Source: a virus. From it: a DNA stretch of 30,676 bases. The notes under the pieces were generated by a model. It saw only the letters and a list, made by a program, of their open reading frames with translations, did not search any database and was not told the origin of the DNA. Where the stretch lies: IMG/VR virus record IMGVR_UViG_3300031673_000330; one strand, written 5' to 3'. Every line of letters starts with the position of its first letter. The stretch's first letter is position 1. Positions 14,505-23,013 of the stretch are shown in pieces. Made by a program: the position numbers and the translations under genes.

Positions 14505-15355
14505 TGAGCGCTGATTTAAAAGTAGTTGAAACCAAGTTTCCTACCGTAGATGAACTAGAGGTATTTATGCTAGAGCAGGAACAAGCTGAATGTCCAGTGA
14601 GACATATATTCGGTGATGGGTTATATATACGTGAAGTTACTTTTAAGGCTGATACTTGGGCCATAGGACACCATCAGAAGTTTACCCAGATGAATATAAT
14701 GATCAAGGGTAAGGTTAAGATGTATAATAGTGATGGTACTACTAAAATCCTAGAAGCCCCACTAACATTTATGGGTCCTCCTGGGCGTAAAGCAGGATAT
14801 ATCATAGAAGACACAGTGTGGCAAAACGTATACGCAACCAACGAAAAAGACGTAGGGAAATTAGAAGACTATTTCTTAGATAAAAGCGAGGCTAGTCTGT
14901 TAAAATATAAAGAGGATACCTTACTTCTAGAAGATAAATCAGACGACATTAAAGACTACGAACTACTCCTAGAAGAACTAGGTATGACGGAGGATCAAGT
15001 TCAGAACCAGGTTCAAAACTTGGAAGATAGAATTGATCTACCAAACGGTAATTATAAGTTTAGATCTGCTAAGTCTAATATAAGTGGTGAAGGTGTATTT
15101 GCCACATCATCTATTAAGCCTTGGGAGATAATAGGCCCGGCTAAAATAGATGGTTTAAGAACAATACTTGGTTATGGTGTAAACCATAGCACCAATCCTA
15201 ATGCTATAATGATGGAAGAAGGCGGGGATGTATTCCTCGTTTCTGTCGTGGATATAGCTGGGTCTACTGGTGGTAAACTAGGAGATGAAATAACCATCTC
15301 ATATAGAGAAACAATAAAAGCATTAAAAGATAATGAGAAGAGAGAACTAATATGA
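14504..15355 (+). CDS. Cupin-like N-terminal domain fused to a C-terminal SET-domain (protein-lysine methyltransferase-like) domain
   Basis: The C-terminal 90 aa read SGEGVFATSSIKPWEIIG...GYGVNHSTNPNA...GKLGDEITISY. These match the SET signatures GxGVFA, NHSxxPN and EEITISY of chlorovirus vSET. The N-terminal segment (aa 25-110) is beta-rich with GHH and looks cupin-like. Confidence 0.7.
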   Translation: MSADLKVVETKFPTVDELEVFMLEQEQAECPVRHIFGDGLYIREVTFKADTWAIGHHQKFTQMNIMIKGKVKMYNSDGTTKILEAPLTFMGPPGRKAGYIIEDTVWQNVYATNEKDVGKLEDYFLDKSEASLLKYKEDTLLLEDKSDDIKDYELLLEELGMTEDQVQNQVQNLEDRIDLPNGNYKFRSAKSNISGEGVFATSSIKPWEIIGPAKIDGLRTILGYGVNHSTNPNAIMMEEGGDVFLVSVVDIAGSTGGKLGDEITISYRETIKALKDNEKRELI

Positions 15356-16209
15356 GTGCAGTCGCTACAGCTATCATTGGAGGCTCAGTAATAACTGGTT
15401 ACATGGGAAGTAAAGCAGCTAATGGGGCAGCTCAAACACAAGCTAATGCAGCTAATAACGCAGCTCAGTTACAGAAGAAAACTACTGAGGAACAACTAGC
15501 CCAACAGAAGCAGATGTATGACCAGAACGTTGCTAGAATGCAGCCTTGGGTAACATCTGGACAAACCGCTAATAACACCCTTGCAGACCTTATGGGTACC
15601 AGTGGAAATTCTTCTGCTACAGGATATGGTTCTCTAGCTCATCAGTTCAATGCATCTGATCTTAATGCCAATATGGCACCTAATTATCAGTTTATGCTAG
15701 ATCAAGGTTTACAGACTCTTCAATCCAGTGCAGCTGCCAGAGGTGGACTACTTACAGGGCAAGGAGCTAAGGATATTAATAACTATGCTCAAAACGTAGC
15801 TCAAGGTGGGTATCAACAAGCGTATAATAACTACACTAATAACCAGAATCTGCTGTATAACAAACTTAATGGTATTAGTACTTTAGGTCAAAATTCAGCT
15901 ACTGGAGTTGGGGCACAGGGAACACAAGTAAGTTCTAACATGGCTAATACAGCTATGAGTGGAGTAGGAGCACAGAATAATTATACGACTAGCGGAGCTG
16001 CTGCTTCTGCTGCTGGTCAGATGGGAGCTGCAAATGCTTGGTCTGGTGCTTTAAACTCAGGTATAAACAACTATAATACTCTACAATATCTAAATGGGAT
16101 GAATACTACTGCCGCAATACCTTCTAATGCAGCGTATAATCCTTATAACCAGGTTAATCTAGGAAATAGCTCACAATATATGAACGGTTTACCAACACCG
16201 ACTTATTAA
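15352..16209 (+). CDS. Putative internal virion / ejection protein (Q/N/A/G-rich, 285 aa)
   Basis: Hydrophobic N-terminus AIIGGSVITGYMG, low-complexity Q/N/A composition, and a position equivalent to the P22 ejection proteins. Confidence 0.5.
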   Translation: MSAVATAIIGGSVITGYMGSKAANGAAQTQANAANNAAQLQKKTTEEQLAQQKQMYDQNVARMQPWVTSGQTANNTLADLMGTSGNSSATGYGSLAHQFNASDLNANMAPNYQFMLDQGLQTLQSSAAARGGLLTGQGAKDINNYAQNVAQGGYQQAYNNYTNNQNLLYNKLNGISTLGQNSATGVGAQGTQVSSNMANTAMSGVGAQNNYTTSGAAASAAGQMGAANAWSGALNSGINNYNTLQYLNGMNTTAAIPSNAAYNPYNQVNLGNSSQYMNGLPTPTY

Positions 16210-16225
16210 TAAAGGTAATTAAATC

Positions 16226-17437
16226 ATGGCATTAGATCCAAATATCGCACTAGGTTTCGCACCTACACAACTAGGCTTAGACGTAGGGCAATCTGCGCTT
16301 ATTGGTGCTGACTATCAAAATAAGATGGCTCAGATACCAGTAGCACAAGCTCAGGCTCAACTAACACAAGCACAAGTTCCGTTAGCTCAGGCTGACACTG
16401 CTATGGTTAACGCTAATATACCAGGTGCTATAGCAGATGCTGCTACTAAATCTAGAACCTTATCTGCCCAACAATGGTATGGGCGTAATGCTAATACCTG
16501 GACTGAGACAGATCCTACTACTGGTAAACCAGTTATAGACCCAGTTACAAACTTACCAAAAGTAGATTACTCCAAGCTTATGGCTGCTGCTAATACTGCT
16601 GGATTCTCTGATTTAGCACCTGAAATAGCTCAGAACTATCTTGGTACACAAGCTAAGATTTTATCTAATGCTACCTCTAGTACTGATCTTAATATAAAGA
16701 AAACAGACGCTGGTAATGGATATATTGCTTTAGCAGTTCAAGAAGCTAAGAACCTATCTCCTGCTGCACAAAAACCGTTTATGGTTAATGCGATCTCTCA
16801 TGCCGTTAGCTTATTTGGTTCTACTAATAACACTGATACCTTAACAGCAGCAGTAAATAACCCTGATCCTACGGCACTGCCTTCTACTATTGATGCTATG
16901 TATAAGGGTGAAATACCTGCTGAACAACAAACTAAGTTGAATCAGAATCAAGAAGGTATAACAATGGCAAAAAATGAACAGTTTGCTACTTCTACAGAGG
17001 CCTATAATGCCTCTATTACAGAAGGTAGTAATGCTAACCAATTAGGAAAAGTAAATGATGCTTTAGCTAACTTAAAAGGTCCTCCAATAGCAGCTAATTC
17101 TACTGACCTAGGTAAAAGACTAGGTTTAGGTTCTAATGTTATAGACGCTACTACCGCTATCATAAAACAAGAAATACCAGGATCTAATCCTAGTTTAGCT
17201 GACCTTGCTGGTTATAAGCAACTAGCTGCACAAGCCTTAGCTATAGCTAGGTCTAGGCAAGGTATATATAAAAGTAAAGGGGATATATTAAGTAATGGTA
17301 GTTCTATCAAACCCCAAACCCAATACACCCCTCCTCCTACTCCAACCCCCGCTGGTAATGGTCTAGAAGAGGGTTCTACAAGTACATATAAAGGTGCACC
17401 TATTATATTTCATAATGGAAAATGGCAATACAAATAA
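16226..17437 (+). CDS. Putative internal virion / ejection protein (403 aa)
   Basis: A/Q/T-rich composition and position in the ejection-protein block. No catalytic motif recognised. Confidence 0.45.
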   Translation: MALDPNIALGFAPTQLGLDVGQSALIGADYQNKMAQIPVAQAQAQLTQAQVPLAQADTAMVNANIPGAIADAATKSRTLSAQQWYGRNANTWTETDPTTGKPVIDPVTNLPKVDYSKLMAAANTAGFSDLAPEIAQNYLGTQAKILSNATSSTDLNIKKTDAGNGYIALAVQEAKNLSPAAQKPFMVNAISHAVSLFGSTNNTDTLTAAVNNPDPTALPSTIDAMYKGEIPAEQQTKLNQNQEGITMAKNEQFATSTEAYNASITEGSNANQLGKVNDALANLKGPPIAANSTDLGKRLGLGSNVIDATTAIIKQEIPGSNPSLADLAGYKQLAAQALAIARSRQGIYKSKGDILSNGSSIKPQTQYTPPPTPTPAGNGLEEGSTSTYKGAPIIFHNGKWQYK

Positions 17438-19170
17438 TGGCTAATATAATTCCAGATGGCCCTATAGTAGCCCCTTCAGGGTTAAATATTACTCCTGATG
17501 GTCCTATAGTTGCGCCTTTATATAATAGAGATACTACACCACAGGATCAGTATAATATACAACCTAGTGGGGGGGTTATAGCTACACCAAGTCAAGTAGG
17601 TCCAGTTAAATCCTCGTTTGATCAAGTATCTTTTGCTCCTGGTTCTTCCGCTAATACAGCTCTAGAAGGTCTTGGGCAAGGTATAACTGGAGGTTTATTA
17701 AATAATATAGCTGCTACTTATGCCCACGCTTTTGGTCCAGCTCAAGGTGTTAATACGGGTAGTTATTCTGATTACCTAAAAACAGCCCAGGATATAACCA
17801 ACCAAGATTATAATGCCCACCCGTTGATTTATTCTGGGACTTCTGCCGTAGGTAGTTTACCTCTTATAACAGCACTAGGACCTACTGCATCATCACTATC
17901 TAAGTGGAAGCAGGGATTAACTATTGGAGGGGAACTAGGGGCCTTACAAGGCGCAGGGGAGACTAATAACCAAGGTGAAGCTCCTAGCGTAGGGGAATTT
18001 GTTGGTAATGTAGCTAAACAAGCTGCTATAGGTACTACAATAGGTGGAGTTACCCAAGGACTTGGTAAAGTGTTTGATGCTGGTAGAACAAATGGACTAA
18101 GATCATTGGGTATAATTCCCCCAAAGGGAACATTTTTACCTAATGGGGCTAATGCTGCTGATACTGCTAGATTTAATACATCTCCTTTAGGAAAGGAAAT
18201 AGCTGCTGGTGAAGTTCCTGGGGCAGGAGTAGATTATAATAATGAGCAAGCTGGGAATATATTAGATAACTTTCTTAATGAACCTAATCCTGTTGTAAAC
18301 CCTTCTGGACTAGGTTCTACACCCAACATAGGAAGTACAAGTAGTCAGGCTATAGAACAGGCTGCTAATGATCATGCTAATATGATTACTGGGTTGGATC
18401 CTTTAAATATAAGTAACAGAAGAGATCAAGCCGCATATGATGCCGCTAGAGAATCTTATTTATATTTACAGGGTAACCCTACTATGGACAGTAGTATGGT
18501 GGCTGCAGCCCCCGTATCTGAGGCTGGGTCTACCTTAGATCCTCTTAGACAGACACATGCCGGGGCTTTATACGACTATGAAGCTAATAAACAGTCATTA
18601 GTATTTAATGGCCTAGTTAAATCGTGGGAAGAAACTCACCCAGGTGAATATCCTACTTCTGCTCAATATCAGGGATTTCAGGATCAAGCTAAAACTACAA
18701 TAAATAACACCAATACTGATTTTGCTAAACAAGCTGCAAAGTTCATAGCACTACAGATAGGTGTTCCGTTAGGGGGTTATTTGACCGGTATGGCAGCACA
18801 AACTGCTGGATTTCCTAATATAGGAAACTTTACCCCTCCACAATACATGGCTGGGGCAACCGATTTATTATCTAATATGGCGACTATAAGAAGTTCTGGT
18901 AATTTACTTAATACTGGTGTTAAAGCTATAGCCCCATATTTATCCAAGATTATACCGGAGACAAATATAACTAGCTCTCCATATATAACTATATTTCCTC
19001 ACTCAAACCCTATATTACCCCCTGGTGGAGCTGGGCTTGCTACATCTTCTGCTTTTAATGGAACTAACTCTAATGTATCACCACCCCAATTTCTTACTCC
19101 AGATGGTCCAATAATTCCCCCTGTACAAATCGGAGATAGATTAAAAGCTTTAAATAATAGTACACAGTAG
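17437..19170 (+). CDS. Putative internal virion / ejection protein (about 577 aa) with terminal PDGPI(V/I)xP repeats
   Basis: The ATG at 17437 overlaps the upstream stop (TAATG). The tracked ORF opens at 17422. PDGPIVAP occurs twice near the N-terminus and PDGPIIPP once near the C-terminus. Confidence 0.45.
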   Translation: MANIIPDGPIVAPSGLNITPDGPIVAPLYNRDTTPQDQYNIQPSGGVIATPSQVGPVKSSFDQVSFAPGSSANTALEGLGQGITGGLLNNIAATYAHAFGPAQGVNTGSYSDYLKTAQDITNQDYNAHPLIYSGTSAVGSLPLITALGPTASSLSKWKQGLTIGGELGALQGAGETNNQGEAPSVGEFVGNVAKQAAIGTTIGGVTQGLGKVFDAGRTNGLRSLGIIPPKGTFLPNGANAADTARFNTSPLGKEIAAGEVPGAGVDYNNEQAGNILDNFLNEPNPVVNPSGLGSTPNIGSTSSQAIEQAANDHANMITGLDPLNISNRRDQAAYDAARESYLYLQGNPTMDSSMVAAAPVSEAGSTLDPLRQTHAGALYDYEANKQSLVFNGLVKSWEETHPGEYPTSAQYQGFQDQAKTTINNTNTDFAKQAAKFIALQIGVPLGGYLTGMAAQTAGFPNIGNFTPPQYMAGATDLLSNMATIRSSGNLLNTGVKAIAPYLSKIIPETNITSSPYITIFPHSNPILPPGGAGLATSSAFNGTNSNVSPPQFLTPDGPIIPPVQIGDRLKALNNSTQ

Positions 19171-19207
19171 GTATACTAAAATAAGAGTACATTATTTACA
19201 GATTATA

Positions 19208-19216
19208 TGATATAAT
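19208..19216 (+). promoter_or_regulatory. Extended -10 element TGATATAAT
   Basis: A perfect TGnTATAAT lies 30 nt upstream of the small-ORF ATG at 19246. Confidence 0.4.
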
Positions 19217-19245
19217 AGTTCTTTAAATATCGAAGGAGAAGCAAA

Positions 19246-19416
19246 ATGTTATATATTATATTTTTCTTTGCAGTATTCACTATATACACTATATTAGCGG
19301 CAGCACTTATAGATAATAGCGTTAAAAAGCTTAATGCCCTGAATGAAGATTGGTTTAAACTCGGAATGCCTTACATGTGTAAAGATATAAATGGTAATTT
19401 CATTAACAAAAAATAA
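19246..19416 (+). CDS. Small N-terminally anchored membrane protein (56 aa), absent from the ORF track
   Basis: GAAGGAG SD. Sequence: MLYIIFFFAVFTIYTILAAALIDNSVKKLNALNEDWFKLGMPYMCKDINGNFINKK. Its architecture resembles that of the next ORF. Confidence 0.5.
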   Translation: MLYIIFFFAVFTIYTILAAALIDNSVKKLNALNEDWFKLGMPYMCKDINGNFINKK

Positions 19417-19427
19417 CGGAGTTACAA

Positions 19428-19628
19428 ATGACATTCATTATATTAGCAGTACTAATTTTTATCACAATATGGGCTGGCATCCTAGCTGATGCAGCTACAG
19501 TTAGGTATAATAACAAAGTAGAAGAGAATGCTAAAATACAAAGAGAATATAGAGCTGAAGTTATAAAGATGGCTAATTCATTCAGTAACGATATACCGGT
19601 AGGTGGTGTATATAAACGTAGAGGATAA
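19428..19628 (+). CDS. Small N-terminally anchored membrane protein (66 aa)
   Basis: TM segment FIILAVLIFITIWAGILADAA followed by a charged tail. It lies in tandem with the 56-aa ORF. Confidence 0.6.
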   Translation: MTFIILAVLIFITIWAGILADAATVRYNNKVEENAKIQREYRAEVIKMANSFSNDIPVGGVYKRRG

Positions 19629-19663
19629 TATCCTATAAAATTCAGCGTAGATACTGAAAAACA

Positions 19664-19671
19664 GTTAAAAT
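19664..19671 (+). promoter_or_regulatory. -10-like element GTTAAAAT upstream of the first tail-fibre gene
   Basis: AGTTAAAAT shares the TTAAAAT core but lacks the TG. An AAAAAGGAA SD follows. Confidence 0.35.
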
Positions 19672-19696
19672 AAGAGATACTTAAAAAGGAAATAAC

Positions 19697-21466
19697 ATGG
19701 CTTCAGTTTCATTATGCCCAATATATAACGCTTCTACGATCCTAGATAATAATGGAAACATATTAACTGGTGGATTTTTATACACGTATATTGCAGGGTC
19801 TACGTCTGCACTACAGACAACATACCAAGATTCAGCAGGGACTACACCAAATACTAACCCTATTGTGGTTAATAGTTCTGGTAGGCTCAATAGTGAAATC
19901 TGGATAGACACAACCAAGACTTATAACTTCGTTTTAACCTTAGCTGATGGAACAAGTGTTCTTCAGTCTACTGATAACGTTTCTACTACTGGCTTTGTTG
20001 GTGGTAGTGGTGGTGGCGTTGTTACTTCACTTATAGCAGGTCCGGGTATTGGTATAACCGGTACTGGTGTGGTAACAATATCTAATACTCAAACAGAATG
20101 GGTAGATGCTCCTACCACACCTACTTATATATCATCTACCTCTTTTTCTGTAACCGGTAATCAGACAGTAACGTATAACCCTGGTCGTAGATTTAAAGCT
20201 CTATGTACTGCTGGACTAGTATACGGAACTATAATTTCTTCTGTATCAACTACTCTAACTACAGTTAACGTAGTTTGTGATGGAACTTCTGCGTTAGACT
20301 CGGGTTTAGTAGCAGCAGTTTCCTTAGGCATACTTAATGGAACACCAACCTCTGCTCCTGCAGTGTTTGGCACTCAACCTATAACTTTAGCTGCTGCTGC
20401 CACCGTTAATATAGGTGCTGCTCCGACTTCTACCGTAGTTATTACTGGGACTACCGGTAATGTAGTTATAAATGCATTTGATACTGTCAATGCTGGTGTT
20501 ATTCGTAACGTAGTTATTAGCTTGGCTGCATCAACAGATACAATAACCCTAATTTACAACGCCACTTCTATGCTTCTTCCAGGTGGAGTAAGCTTAGTAC
20601 TATATAATGGTGATACCCTTACTATGACCTCTAAAGGGTCTGGTAATTGGCAGTGCACTTCTTATCAACCAGCATCTGGATATATCCTACAAACCCCAGT
20701 AACTAATTTATTTCCTATAGGAGCAACGTCTGCAGGTAACGCTATTACCCTTAGCCTATATCCGTGTTCTTTCTACTTTAGAGATACTATGGCCCAAGGG
20801 GATGTAGTCTTCGAAAGAACTATAGGTACAGTAATTAACTTAACAGTTCCCTATACCGCTACCCTTGGAACAGTTAATAATTCTACTGTTAGATTAGTTC
20901 TAGTAGCAATATATTATGGAGGACAGGTTGAACTAGCAGTTACTAATATGGCTGGGTATGGTGTTTTTGATGAAACCCAACTTATAAGCACAACTACTAT
21001 ATCTGCCTCTTCTTCTGCAAATAATCTATTTTATTCAACTACTGGTAGAACATCGGTTCCATATAAAGTTTTAGGTGTTGTAGATTTACAAATTGCTACT
21101 GCTGGAACCTGGGCGTATCCACCTTCGTTAATACAATCTTCTGGCGGAAATACTATTGTCAGATCTTTACCAGAAGTAATTACCTCTACTGCTGCTGATA
21201 CTGGAACTATAACTAGATCACATGTTGGTCCTGTATTGATCCACTATAGTGCCTATTGTTTTACTGGTGGTAATAACGCTTTGAACTGGGATTTCTACTT
21301 TGATGGGGCGGCGGTGTGGTCTCAGCATAACAGTGTTAATTACCAAGTTATGGCTAACCCAACCCATGATGTATCCTTTATATCTAATGGGTCTTTCTCA
21401 TTTAGAACATTGTGTTATGGGGATTCGGGCCAGTACCATTCACAGTTTACTATAACCTACTTATAA
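19697..21466 (+). CDS. Tail fibre/spike protein 1 (589 aa)
   Basis: The N-terminus NNGNILTGGFLYTYIAGSTSALQTTYQDSAGTTPNTNPIVVNSSGR matches the common podovirus fibre N-terminal pattern (G.PL.GG.lYTY.AGT.T...TY.D..G...NtNPi.ld..G). The remainder is T/S/V-rich and beta-type. Confidence 0.65.
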   Translation: MASVSLCPIYNASTILDNNGNILTGGFLYTYIAGSTSALQTTYQDSAGTTPNTNPIVVNSSGRLNSEIWIDTTKTYNFVLTLADGTSVLQSTDNVSTTGFVGGSGGGVVTSLIAGPGIGITGTGVVTISNTQTEWVDAPTTPTYISSTSFSVTGNQTVTYNPGRRFKALCTAGLVYGTIISSVSTTLTTVNVVCDGTSALDSGLVAAVSLGILNGTPTSAPAVFGTQPITLAAAATVNIGAAPTSTVVITGTTGNVVINAFDTVNAGVIRNVVISLAASTDTITLIYNATSMLLPGGVSLVLYNGDTLTMTSKGSGNWQCTSYQPASGYILQTPVTNLFPIGATSAGNAITLSLYPCSFYFRDTMAQGDVVFERTIGTVINLTVPYTATLGTVNNSTVRLVLVAIYYGGQVELAVTNMAGYGVFDETQLISTTTISASSSANNLFYSTTGRTSVPYKVLGVVDLQIATAGTWAYPPSLIQSSGGNTIVRSLPEVITSTAADTGTITRSHVGPVLIHYSAYCFTGGNNALNWDFYFDGAAVWSQHNSVNYQVMANPTHDVSFISNGSFSFRTLCYGDSGQYHSQFTITYL

Positions 21467-21470
21467 TATA

Positions 21471-22946
21471 ATGGCTACTGTAACTGCTGCTCAAATACCA
21501 CAGTTACCGTTATCCACCGCAATTGTAGGGTCTAACGGTCTAGTAACAGCCCCCTGGTCCTTCTGGTTTACTAACATAGCTAATCAGGTTCCTGTAACAG
21601 GGGGCCCAGTATTGTCTATTAATGGTAGAAATGGCAACGTTATCTTAGTAGGTTCTGATATTACTAGAGCCTTAGGATTTACCCCAGTTAATAACTCGTC
21701 TCCAGCATTTACCGGTATACCTACTTCCCCTACAGCTATATTTGGTACTAATACTAATCAGATAGCAACTACTTCCTTCGTTCAAACTGCGTTATCAGCT
21801 GGGTTAGGTGGTGGATACTTACAAGGTTATGGAACTGGTTCTGGCAGTGATACTGCTCTATTCTTATATAATGGTATAATTAACAATTCTTATACCGTAG
21901 AGAATAACGATAATGTATTCACTATGGGTGATATCACCATAGAACCAGGTAGTACTGTAACCTTACTTGGGGATTCTAATTGGACTGTGGTTGAAACTGA
22001 GTTACCTAACCTAGTTTCAATAGCTAAGACAACGTATGCCCTCGATTCGGCTACAACTACTGTTAATACTAAGTTATCCCCGGCTCCAGCAGTTGGTAAT
22101 ATATTAAGAGCAACAAGTAGTACAACAGCTACATGGCAGACGTTTAACCCATTCACTTATCCTAGTGCCGGTATAACTAACTCAACTGGAACAGCTTGGG
22201 GAACTCCTTACTCTACAACAGGATCAGGAACGGTTCTAGCACTAGCTACAAGCCCCTCCTTTACTACTCCTATACTTGGTACACCAACTTCTGGTAATTT
22301 CTCTACAGGGACGTTTACCTGGCCTACCTTTAATCAAAATACAACTGGTAATGCCGCTACGGCAACGACTGCAACTACGTCTGGAACTACGTCTGCTCTA
22401 CTTTCAGCTACAACTACAGTCAACGTTTCAGCTTCGGCTGCTCCTTCAATAGGTCAGATACTAACTGCTACTAGTGGCACAGCTGCTACTTGGCAGACAC
22501 CGGCTATTAATCCTAGTCCGGTATTTAAAGCATATTTACCAACTACTAATCAGTCTATATCTACTAATACTGATACTCAGATTAACCTTACTGCTACTTC
22601 ATTTGATTCTAACTCTTTCTTTAATACTACTAGTAGTGTGTTTCAACCTACAATAGCAGGATATTACCAAATAAATTGGGCTGTGTATCTTACTAATGGA
22701 ACTACTAATGCTATGACCTATGCTGAGAGTTATATAAAGAAAAACACTACTATTAATTCCGCTGGGAATTTGCTAAGTACGAATTCTACTACTTCTGATG
22801 TATTAGTGTTTACCTCAGTTGGATCTGATATAGTGTATTTAAATGGAACTACAGACTACGTATCTTTATGGGTATTTGCTACCGGTACTTCATTAACAGC
22901 AAATTATGGATCTCAAAACACATTCATGAGTGGCGCTCTAGTATAA
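21471..22946 (+). CDS. Tail fibre protein 2 with a C1q/TNF-like C-terminal head
   Basis: Fibre motifs PAFTGIPTSPTA..GTNTNQIATTSFV and NQNTTGNAATAT. Two GQILTATSGTAATWQT-type repeats. The C-terminus (FKAYL...FDSNSFFN...FQPTIAGYYQINWAVYL...VYLNGTTDYVSLWVF...NTFMSGALV) follows the gC1q jelly-roll pattern. Confidence 0.75.
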   Translation: MATVTAAQIPQLPLSTAIVGSNGLVTAPWSFWFTNIANQVPVTGGPVLSINGRNGNVILVGSDITRALGFTPVNNSSPAFTGIPTSPTAIFGTNTNQIATTSFVQTALSAGLGGGYLQGYGTGSGSDTALFLYNGIINNSYTVENNDNVFTMGDITIEPGSTVTLLGDSNWTVVETELPNLVSIAKTTYALDSATTTVNTKLSPAPAVGNILRATSSTTATWQTFNPFTYPSAGITNSTGTAWGTPYSTTGSGTVLALATSPSFTTPILGTPTSGNFSTGTFTWPTFNQNTTGNAATATTATTSGTTSALLSATTTVNVSASAAPSIGQILTATSGTAATWQTPAINPSPVFKAYLPTTNQSISTNTDTQINLTATSFDSNSFFNTTSSVFQPTIAGYYQINWAVYLTNGTTNAMTYAESYIKKNTTINSAGNLLSTNSTTSDVLVFTSVGSDIVYLNGTTDYVSLWVFATGTSLTANYGSQNTFMSGALV

Positions 22947-22960
22947 TTCTAGGGAAATAT

Positions 22961-22989
22961 TTGTACCTTCTGGTACAATACATTAAAAT
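22961..22989 (+). promoter_or_regulatory. Promoter (TTGTAC-N17-TAAAAT) whose -35 lies in a perfect 7-bp-stem palindrome
   Basis: TTGTACC-TTCT-GGTACAA spans 22961..22978, and TAAAAT lies at 22984..22989. The hairpin could also act as a weak terminator or operator between fibre genes 2 and 3. Confidence 0.45.
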
Positions 22990-23013
22990 AGTAAATACAT
23001 AACAGGAACCTAG

